Assembly: GCA_030141605.1 (NCBI GenBank) | Contig: JAQGDQ010000906.1 | Location: 1-64,000 of the forward strand | Direction: 5' to 3' | Source: Tubiluchus corallicola | Taxonomy: Eukaryota > Animalia > Priapulida | DNA length: 64,000 bases | Part shown: piece after piece, positions 54,552-64,000 of the stretch | How the letters are laid out: every line of letters starts with the position of its first letter | Position numbering within the stretch: position 1 is the first letter of the stretch | Position numbers and translations under genes: made by a program | The notes under the pieces: generated by a model | Told to the model about the DNA's origin: nothing | Database searches by the model: none | The model's input: only the letters and a program-made list of their open reading frames with translations

Positions 54552-55765
54552 GTAAAGCAATCTGTCCAGATAGTGGATTTTCGACTGTTTTTGTTCCCGC
54601 CGAAGAATTGAAGTTGCCAAAAGTTATGGATAAGGGCATGATAATAAAGGCATCATCTGTGCCACAAGCAGAGCTTATTACACGCACTGGGGAGATCAGG
54701 CTTCATAACCGTCTTGCATATGATCCTAGAGGTGTACGAAAGGGTGAATCATGCTGTGAACAATACAGAGATGTGGAGCAGATGTATGCTGAGTATGACA
54801 GCAATACATTTAAGCCAGTGCGCGAAGAATTTTATGAAGCAGCCATCGAAAACCCTCTAGTGAAAATGTGCTTGATTGGTTTTGGCAAACATCGACCCAT
54901 TGCGATCACTCCAGACTTGTTGTGGCATTACATCAGAAATGCAGTGGCTGTACACATAAATAAGTTCCCGGAGGAATTGCGCTCGCTGTTTGTCGAACAC
55001 GAAGGAAAGGTTGAGCTGATTGTGCAACGGAACGACTTTGTGAGACGTGGGATAAATGACTGGCCATCGGTGTTCCATGAATTCCGAGAGAAGATTGAGG
55101 GGCATCTCAAGGAAAGTGCGAAGCCACTTTTATGTGAACGATTTAGTACCACGACAAAGACCTGGTATGACATTTCTAGTATTACTTTGATGGATGCTGT
55201 GCAATCATATTTTGACTATACATTGTGGACTTCATGTGGAATACCAAGCGTAACTTTGCTGGGTGGGTTAGAAGACTGGCAAAAGCTGCGAAATGCCACA
55301 GAGAATGTTCTGAACATGTTTCGGGGTATGCCCGGTGGAACAGATTTGGAATGGTGGAGAATGAAACTAATACCTGTTCTTGAGAGGCTTGTTTACAGCT
55401 ACAAGAACCCAGAAGATCCTTCAGTGCAGGATTGGATGGCTAAAATATTCAAATACAATAGGGAGTCTGGGTTCAGTGGAATCTGTTATGTCACGGGATG
55501 GGTAAACGTGTTCTTTCCCTACTTGGGCACAAGTCGAATAAATCCTTTGGTTTCCCGTTCCTCCGGAAGAATTGAGGTCAGTGATTTCCCTGTGGGAATC
55601 TCGCGAGCTCCTTTTACCTGGTTCTATTACGAGGAAGAATTCAAAATGGACTTCTTGGGAGGACCTTGTTGCATCACCGAGCAGGTAACTGAGGAAGGTT
55701 CGGCAGCGCCACTCGGGTGTTTGCACATTCAACCAGGTTGGGCAGTAGCATATCAGCCACAATAG
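54552..55765 (+). CDS. DUF4419-domain protein, copy B (single large exon)
   Basis: Paralogue of 19026-20269 with the same motifs. A catgtttcag acceptor ends at 54551 (phase 1, in frame). The first in-frame ATG falls at 'MDKGM'. Confidence 0.85.
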
Positions 55766-55864
55766 ATCACCTGTCAGACTCACTAGCAGAGGCAATGTGA
55801 TAGCTCTTGGCCAAAACAAAAAGCCTGTCTTTTAAGTTGCTAACTTGCAGTTTGTTGTTAAAAG

Positions 55865-56271
55865 TAGGGGTGAGCATTCTCTACCAGAAAGCGAATTCGA
55901 ATCGAAACGAATTTGTGACTTTCGAATTCGAATCGAACCGAACTTTAGTGTTTCGAATTCGAACCGAATTCGAATTGAGATTGAACGATTTTCGAACAAG
56001 TTTTCGAACCACCAGTAAAAATTAGTCTTACAAAGAGCAGCCATATCACTAGATTTTGTCCTGCAATAAGACGACTAGTAATTTGTTTAAGATTGTGCGC
56101 AGAAATCACGGCTAAATTATGCTAATTGCGTGATGTTTCAATCGTTTTAGTGATCAGGAACATATGTGATTGAAGTGCTGAATTATTCGAATCTATAGTT
56201 TTGGATTCAAATCGAGTTCGAACTAAAAAAACTCGTTCGAATCGAATTCGAGCGTTCGATGCTCATTCCTA
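55865..56271. mobile_element. hAT-type MITE with 8-bp TSD
   Basis: TSD GTTAAAAG at 55857-55864 and 56272-56279. TIR TAGGGGTGAGCAT / ATGCTCATTCCTA. It is an inverted copy of 22891-23292. Confidence 0.9.
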
Positions 56272-56392
56272 GTTAAAAGGCAGGTTACCAGTAAGATGGA
56301 CTGCTGGGATTTGTGACCTACAAATGTCACATAATTTTCCTAGAGGCCTAGAGGCTGTACAAATGCAAATCTGCTGCTGGTAATGTATCTTG

Positions 56393-57773
56393 TACATAGA
56401 GAAAAGCTGATGTACAATTAAAATAATGCATTAGAGATCAATTTTTATTATTATAAAAAAGCCTATGTATTTATTGCAAATATAATTTAAAAGCAACTCT
56501 TGCCAAGGCGTACCTTGTACACCAAAATGATCCCATATGTGTGACTTATGTAACCTATTCGTGTATTAGTTTTGAATTGGCCAGCTTCTTTCTTCAAAAA
56601 TTTAGTATCATCTGCCGACACATGTACAATATGACCGAGAAACTGCAGTGCGTTTATTTTACCATATTTTAACCAGCGATTTGCAATGTCACGTGATTGT
56701 CGCAAGAGCAAAAAACTTCCAAGGCGGGCAAAACTGTTGGGCTAGCTGAACTCTCATCATCTCTTGCTGTTCTTCACCTGTTCAGCTCTCCTGCATTGGT
56801 AGGCTCCGAGTTTTAAAGTTTAAAGTTCGCAAATCTTTAGGCTGCTGCTTCTCTTCTTGGCTCACTCTCTTCTTCTCTTCTCGTCTTACCTCACTGCTTC
56901 TCTTCTCTTTTTGCCTTACCTCACTTCTTCTCTTCTCTTTTTGCCTTACCTCACTTCTTCTCTTCTCTTCTCACCGAATCTTTCAGCTCAGCTTGGACAA
57001 GCCATCTACTGCTAAGTGAGTGTCAAACATTCACTCCAATTTTATATACTCCTCCAGTTTATTTCTACAGTCGACCTAGGCGATAAGAAACCCAGCTTTT
57101 AGTCGTGCCAGCCGCTCAATGACGATATATATATATATATAGAAGTGAACTAAATAATTGCTTGTGGTGTGTTATAAAAAACGCACTTCATGTGAATATG
57201 AAAAGGTATGCACTTTTCAAGAAAAAGAACTTTTTAACACTAAGCCCCTAAAATATGATGCCCTAAAAATGATGAAATGATGACCAATCCCACGAATACT
57301 TCACACCTAAAGTATACAAAAATGCTAAATCCCATCAATTCAATAACCTTCTCCTTCGACGTAGGCGATAAAAAACCCAGCTTTTAGTCGTGCCAGCCGC
57401 TCAATGATGAGAGTCGAGCTAGCCCAACATTTTCGCCCGGCTTGGAAGTTTTTTGCTCTTGCGACAATCACGTGACACTGCAAATTGCTGGTTGAAGCAT
57501 GGTAAAATAAACACACTGCGGTTTCTCGGTCATATTGTACATGTGCTGGCAGATAATACTAAATTTTTGAAGAAAGGTGTTATGCAGTTCAAAACTAATA
57601 CACGAATAGGTTACATATGTCACACATATGGGATCATTTTGGTGTGCAAGGTACGCCTTGGCAAGAGTTGCTTTTAAATTATATTTGCAATAAATCCATT
57701 GGCTTTTTTATAATAATAAAAATTGATCTCTAATGCATTATTTTAATTTGTACATCAGCTTTTCTCTGTGTAT
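56393..57773. repeat. Long inverted repeat (~370-bp arms at 56393-56760 and 57405-57773, ~640-bp spacer)
   Basis: The arms are reverse complements. The track ORFs 56487-56711(-) and 57453-57677(+) are homologous. Confidence 0.9.
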
Positions 57774-57904
57774 AAGCAACAGAAATTATTTTAAAAAAAT
57801 TGTCTTAATAATTAGCTATTACCTAACAATTTGTTACTTATTTAGCTAAAACAAATTGCAGCTTCAGCTGACTTAGCTGATTTTTTCTTTAAACCAACTC
57901 AGCT

Positions 57905-58672
57905 AAAAAGTCAGTCAACTTCAGTCGAGCTAGCTGATTTACTGTGTGAGTCAGCTGATGTAGTAGCAACTGACTCAACTTTAGCCGAGCTAGCTGGTTT
58001 ACTGTGTGAGTCAGCTGATGTAGTAGCAACTGACTCAGCTTCAGCCGAGCTAGCTGATTTACTGTGTGAGTCAGCTGATGTAGTAGCAACTGACTCAACT
58101 TCAGCCGAGCTAGCTGATTTACTGTGTGAGTCAGCTGATGTAGTAGCAACTGACTCAACTTCAGCCGAGCTAGCTGGTTTACTGTGTGAGTCAGCTGATG
58201 TAGTAGCAACTGACTCAACTTCAGCCGAGCTAGCTGATTTACTGTGTGAGTCAGCTGATGTATGAAGCAACTGCCTCAACTTCAGCCGAGCTAGCTGATT
58301 TACTGTGTGAGTCAGCTGATGTATGAAGCAACTGCCTCAACTTCAGACGAGCTAGCTGGTTTACTGTGTGAGTCAGCTGATGTAGTAGCAACTGACTCAG
58401 CTTCAGCCGAGCTAGCTGATTTACTGTGTGAGTCAGCTGATGTAGTAGCAACTGACTCAACTTCAGCCGAGCTAGCTGATTTACTGTGTGAGTCAGCTGA
58501 TGTATGAAGCAACTGCCTCAACTTCAGCCGAGCTAGCTGATTTACTGTGTGAGTCAGCTGATGTATGAAGCAACTGCCTCAACTTCAGACGAGCTAGCTG
58601 GTTTACTGTGTGAGTCAGCTGATGTAGTAGCACCTGACTCAGCTTCAGCCAAGCTAGCTGATTAACTGTGTC
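57905..58672. repeat. 60/61-bp tandem repeat, ~13 copies
   Basis: Unit tcaacttcagccgagctagctgatttactgtgtgagtcagctgatgtagtagcaactgac. Confidence 0.95.
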
Positions 58673-58984
58673 AGTGTCAAAAAATTCGTTTTTTGTACTC
58701 CAATTAGCTTGGTTTTGCTGTTAACTATATGCGATCTGTCGCCAGCAAAAGCCACCATCTGTCTGAAGGCAGGGATGTGCAGAACATTGAGATATGCTTT
58801 TAATTGTTGCCAGATGCAACTATGTTGCATGCGTTAACTATAATAAATGCTGTATAGTGAACATATTCCCCAATAATTTCATAGTCAGCTGTAACGTGTT
58901 AACTAGATGTCTTGCATTGATGACATTGTATGCGTAGAAAATATTCAGATGTGATATGTTATGCAGACAACTTGTGTATAAACC

Positions 58985-59320
58985 ATTATGTGCACTGATG
59001 ATGTGTTAACCAACCGTTTAATATGTGGAACATTATGTGCACTGATGATGTGTCAACCAACCGTTTAATATGTGGAACATTATGTGCACTGATGATGTGT
59101 TAATCAAATGTTTAATATTTGGAACATTATGTGCACTGATGATGTGTTAACCAACCATTTAATATGTAGAACATTATGTGCACTGATGATGTGTTAACCA
59201 ACCGTTTAATATGTGGAACATTATGTGCACTGGTGATGTATTAACCAACCGTTTAATATGTGGAACATTATGTGCACTGATGATGTATTAACCAACCGTT
59301 TAATATGTAGAACATTATAT
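58985..59320. repeat. ~47-bp tandem repeat, ~7 copies
   Basis: Unit cattatgtgcactgatgatgtgttaaccaaccgtttaatatgtggaa. Confidence 0.92.
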
Positions 59321-59985
59321 GCGGAAACAATGCGATTTTTAAACTAAACGTATGTAGATTAAATTACATAATGTGCTCTAATGTTACCTGGTAAATTGAC
59401 ATCAATTTTGTGAAAATATTTTTTACACATTTTAATGTAAACTTTCAATGTACGCAGTTAATACACGTTGAGAAGAAACCTATCAATTGTCTAAATTATC
59501 CGAAAAAAACTAATTAACTTAAATACTGTTGTTTTACAATTATTTTATTTTATTTAATTATTTTATAATTATTATGAATTATCGCCTTTCATTTAATTAT
59601 TTTGCATTTATTACGAATTATTACATTTTATTTAATTATTTTAGAATTATTACATTTTATTTTTTGCAAATGAAAACAAAAACAGATCATAAAAAATTCA
59701 TTTGTTTTAATTCACACAGAATTTCAAAACACACATACATACAGCTCTCACAAGAAATACAGCATTAATCGCTTTTAAATGACCTACTTTCGTACACGCT
59801 AGATGGCAGCAACTGCTCAAACGTAAAAATGGCTGACAATAACCGTACAGGAATTCTAACAATAGGGCAAATTATTCATGTTCTACGACATACATATATA
59901 TATATATATACAAAAAAAACGATTGGTAATCTTGTGCATGTTATATATAATAACATATATTACTATTTACAAGCGTTGGCCATAA

Positions 59986-60216
59986 CATTTAAACTGTTTG
60001 TGGTATGTTAAAGGACAAGTCACTTAGCATGTTCGGTTTATATTGTTGTTATCATTTAAACTGTTTGTGGTATGTTAAAGGACAAGTCACTTAGCATGCG
60101 CGGCTTATATTGTTATTATCATTTAAACTGTTTGTGGTATGTTAAAGGACAAGTCACTTATCATGTTTGGTTTATATTGTTGTTATCATTTAAACTGTTT
60201 GTGGTATGTTAAAGGA
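59986..60216. repeat. ~67-bp tandem repeat, ~3.5 copies
   Basis: Unit catttaaactgtttgtggtatgttaaaggacaagtcacttagcatg... Confidence 0.88.
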
Positions 60217-60756
60217 TGTTTCTGTCACTGGAGCAGTTACACAGGAGTGGCCTCTCCAGGGCAAGGTGTATGGAGATCCTGAGTTGCCCAGACAACAGGA
60301 AACCCCCCCACTTGGCTGCAGTAGTCAGTGAGCATGAGCCAAAACATTTAATAGTAGAATAACAAACTTCCCTGCAAAATAATGAATTCCTTCCAAATTA
60401 TCATCATCATCATCATCATCATCACCACCACCACCACCACCACCACCACCACCATCCTATCTCAATCCAAAATGATTGGATTGAGATAAAGAACAAGGAT
60501 ATAGAGGATATAAAGAACAATCTTCTTTTCCTTCAAGAGTCAAAAAATTGTTGAAAAAGAACTTGTTTTGCAAAATCCACCCCCCCCCCCCCCCGGGAGC
60601 TGTTACTCCCCCGTTAGCTACGCTACTGATGACTGCTGCTGCCCTCTCTGTACAGAAATCATGGGAAAAAGCGCCTAATTTTTATTGCTAGTACATTTTA
60701 TTTGCAAATCATAACAGAACACACATAAATACACACAGATTAATAAGAACAAAAAA

Positions 60757-60911
60757 TCAGATTGTCAAGACTTGGGGGTGGGGAATTACTGGAATGTGGC
60801 ACGTCATATTTTCCACATTCCAGCAATTCGATAATTCTTCTTCGACGTCGGAAGCCGTGACCGGATGAAGCTGCTCTTCATCCTGTCTTTTCCCTCGCCA
60901 TTGAGCTCTTC
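60757..60911 (-). CDS. Probable terminal exon of an unidentified gene (GRAQWRGKRQDEEQ...QVLTI*)
   Basis: Strong acceptor cttttctcgtttcag ending at 60912, GC-richer than the flanks, and phase-1 compatible with the exon at 62736-62949. Confidence 0.4.
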
Positions 60912-62211
60912 CTGAAACGAGAAAAGTAACCCTTATAAACCGGTTTGTTTCGCCGTAAAGCCAGTCTCGTTCTTGTTCATGTTTACAATACAAAAACATT
61001 GCAGCTTTCTCATTGCTAGACAAAAGTGCATGCTAAATTTTGACATATTAACAAGTTAAAGGACAACAGGACGATTTTTCATATACCGCCCCATTTTCAA
61101 ATCCGATAAAAAGTATACATTTTAACACAGTTGATACTGCAAAAGCGTTTCTGATAATTAAATAGTTAATTAATTAAGGGTGGGTGAGCCCAACTGTAGA
61201 TGATATCACAAACTAACATAATTTTCAAAAGCAACTCATTTTGATACCAAGTTCATCTCTCTATGTTATTTCTAAGCCGAGATAATGCACGTTGAAGTTG
61301 AGGTCCGTTTGTGTGAGCTTGCATAGGAAACTCGTCCATAAGTCGGCAATTAAGCTTTTCTAGTTATTCACATATCCTGAATCTCCCATTTCATGAGGAT
61401 CATTTTGATACCAAGCTCATCGCTCTATGTTATTTCTAAGCTGAGATAATCCACGTTGAAGTTGAGGTGCAGGCTGCACACTGAAAAACATAATCTTGAG
61501 AAAATCACTGTTAAAGTCAGCCATTGTTTTTTTGTCACGTTTCTACAAAACACTTAGCAACGGCGCGAAAGTTGGTTGCTATGGACTTTGTAAGGTCACA
61601 TTCAAGTTATGTTTAAATCCAGTAGATGGCTCTTCCTGATGAAGATCTGGGCTTGTCAACAGAAAAAAAAACCCGAAGCAAAATGGCTGCTTCCAGGAGC
61701 TACAATAGGAGTTTGAAAATACAAGTTTTTTACAATTGCAGTACTAGTTGCTATTCAGAAAAGTGGGAGTTATAAAGGAGTTATAAAATTAGATTTTTAT
61801 AACATTTCAAACATTTTCTCAATAATTTTTGATGCTAGAATATATAAGTAAAATATATTAAGCATTTGTTTTTATTTAAAACAAGAAATTTACCTTCGAC
61901 CAAAATTTTAGTGCATTCTACTTTGAAACATCATAACGTAGTTTTAACTATGCCGACTTATGGACGGTTTTGGTTTGCAAGCCACACATTTATTAATTTG
62001 AATATGCCAGTAAGAGTTATTTTCTGGAGATAACAGTCATAGCTATAAGCGGAAAATTAATTTTTTTTCTTCCTCCGGCTCTAGGTCCTCATAACATTAA
62101 TTTTAAATACGTAATGGTTAAATTATTATTTAAAGATATTCACGTGTGTCTCTTCTTTCCCATTATTGAACATTATTTTATTATAAACTAACACATTCGT
62201 ATAATAATTCA

Positions 62212-62545
62212 GCTATTTTTAGCGATATTAGTAAACATTTTTTAGCTATTTTTAGCGACATTTGCAGACATTTTTAGTTATTTTTAGCGATATTAATAAA
62301 CATTTTTAGTTATATTTAGCGATATTAGTAAACATTTTTTAGCTATTTTTAGCGACATTTGTAGATATTTTTAGCGATATTAGTATACATTTTTTAGTTA
62401 TTTTTAGCGACATTTGTAGACATTTTTAGTTATTTTTAGCGACATTTTTAGTTATTTTTAGTGATATTAGTAAACATTTTTTAGCTTTTTTTAGCGACAT
62501 TTGTAGATATTTTTTAGCTATTTTTAGCGACATTTGTAGACATTT
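62212..62545. repeat. Degenerate ~30-bp tandem repeat
   Basis: Units tttttagcgatattagtaaacattttttagcta / tttttagcgacatttgtagac. Confidence 0.85.
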
Positions 62546-62735
62546 TACATTTTACAGTGAAATTTTCATCTTGTATGTGCTGCCATCTATCAACCTGAAA
62601 ACAAGTAGCAGGTAGAAAAGAGTGATTTTCTTAAGATACTGCACAGCCTGCACCTCGACTTCAACATGGATTATGGTTTGCAAGCACACATTTTACAGTG
62701 AAAGTTTCATCTTGTATGTGCTGCCATCTATCAAC

Positions 62736-62949
62736 CTGAAAACAAATTTTCATCTTGGTTCAAACCGAATTCGTAGAAACCACTCACTGCGAATTCCTTG
62801 TAGTCGACGTTCGCCCCGAGTGACATGATGGTGCTGTCGTTCTTCGGATGCTTGACCGTCGTGGCGCTCAGGTGATTCTCCGTCTCGTTCCGATCTCTCA
62901 GCGCTCGTCGCGATCGCGATCGCAACGACGACATTTCGATATTGTACTT
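62736..62949 (-). CDS. Probable internal exon of an unidentified gene (KYNIEMSSLRSRSRRALRDRNETE...NLFS G)
   Basis: Acceptor ttgttgttctag ending at 62950, a 214-nt CpG-rich open frame, and a weak CAG|GTTGAT donor. Confidence 0.4.
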
Positions 62950-64000
62950 CTAGAACAACAACAAATCGATCTTATAATCAAGTGGAGTTACTGTAGGTCA
63001 AAGGTTAACTGTACTGCACGCAGAGTTGCTGTAGGTCAAAGGTTAGTGCCAAAGGTCGTGTAGGTCAAAGGTTAAGTGTACCACACGCGGAGTTGCTGTA
63101 GGTCAAAGGTTAGTGTCAAAGGTCGTGTAGGTGAAAGGTTAAGCGTACCACAGCAACACATCCTTACTACACCATCACGTGATATGTGGGTAAAACAAAG
63201 CCATATGCTAAATCGGTTCAGTAACTTCAGTTGTTTTACGTGAACTTTACTAAATTATACATTAGTCTGTGTGTAGAGTGATTTACTGGCAGGGTCTTGT
63301 TTACTATAACCGTTCCATGATTTTGTGATAAGTTTAAGTGATAATATTATTCATATGTATATATATCACTTAAACTGAGAAAAATCACGTGATGGTTGTT
63401 TTTGAAGCTCCTGCTGCTTTTCACTATGTTACCAACTGCAGTTCAAGCACTAGGTGACTAGGTGTTTTGTGTGAATATGTGCAGCCAGGGCCTATTTCAG
63501 GGAAGGGGGAGTGGGGATACTTCCCCTGGGCCTCACCCTCCAGGGGTGACATTTTTTTTTGCTTTATGCGAACATTCAATTATTCATTCCTTTAACAACT
63601 ACATAACTCTTCGAAAATGCTTCTCCGGCATTCTAGCAGTTCAAAAATTCCCCCTCCCTTCGAGGGGGCCTGACACGCCCCACTTCCCTGGGCCTCGCTT
63701 AGGCTGAAATAGTAGAGGCCCTGCATGCAGCATACAGTAACAGATTTTAAATATTTTTGTCATTATGAGAATTTCATGAACCGACTTCTTCATCGAGACA
63801 AGTACTGGCCGCTCCTATGCAAAAGTATATAAAAACTGTCTGCAATTGACTCAAATAACTCCGCACAATTGATTCTATATTTTTATACATAGAGATATAC
63901 ACGTGATTACACTGATGTACGTGATGTAAACAAAGTGATGGCCTGCTAGCTAGCGGTCAGCTTGTGAAATAATGTAATGGGTGCGTAAAAATTTTCTCAA

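Noticed and set aside
61057-62160. Kolobok-like element starting TTAAAGGACAACAGGACG (related starts at ~26070 and ~44313)
   Set aside because: A shared 5' end is visible, but I could not find a matching right terminus or TSD, so it is left unannotated.

Overview
AT-rich, repeat-dense genomic DNA from an invertebrate animal. It is probably a protostome or lophotrochozoan, judging by the IR-type receptor and the 5S sequence (inference). It is not prokaryotic, so most short ORFs in the track are noise. Spliced genes I could reconstruct by hand: (1) the 3' part of RER1 on the + strand (exons 1-24, 3994-4099, 5967-6045, 7298-7433, 10206-10298). (2) A two-exon, ATD-less ionotropic-receptor (IR/iGluR-like) gene nested antisense in a RER1 intron (2663-2546, 1819-537). 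(3) Two divergently oriented DUF4419 genes (20269-19026 on -, 54552-55765 on +). This family is best known from microbes. Both copies open with a phase-1 splice acceptor, and a signal-peptide exon at 48972-48852 fits the first copy across a ~28.6-kb intron. (4) Two intronless BTB-BACK-MATH-like paralogues (28039-29343, 38343-39611) in a direct segmental duplication inside that putative intron, with a hypervariable C-terminal domain. (5) A solitary 5S rRNA gene and a 5S-headed SINE-like element. (6) Two probable 3' exons of an unidentified gene near the right end. The rest is piggyBac, hAT and Tc1-mariner MITEs (several with TSDs and in-window empty sites), LINE fragments, solo-LTR-like elements, a Helentron-like tandem array, a long inverted repeat and many local tandem arrays, several of which copy splice sites. 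The best novelty candidate is the cluster of possibly horizontally acquired, intron-gaining and perhaps secreted DUF4419 genes interleaved with rapidly diversifying Cul3-adaptor-like genes. That would be a possible defence locus, but this is inference.
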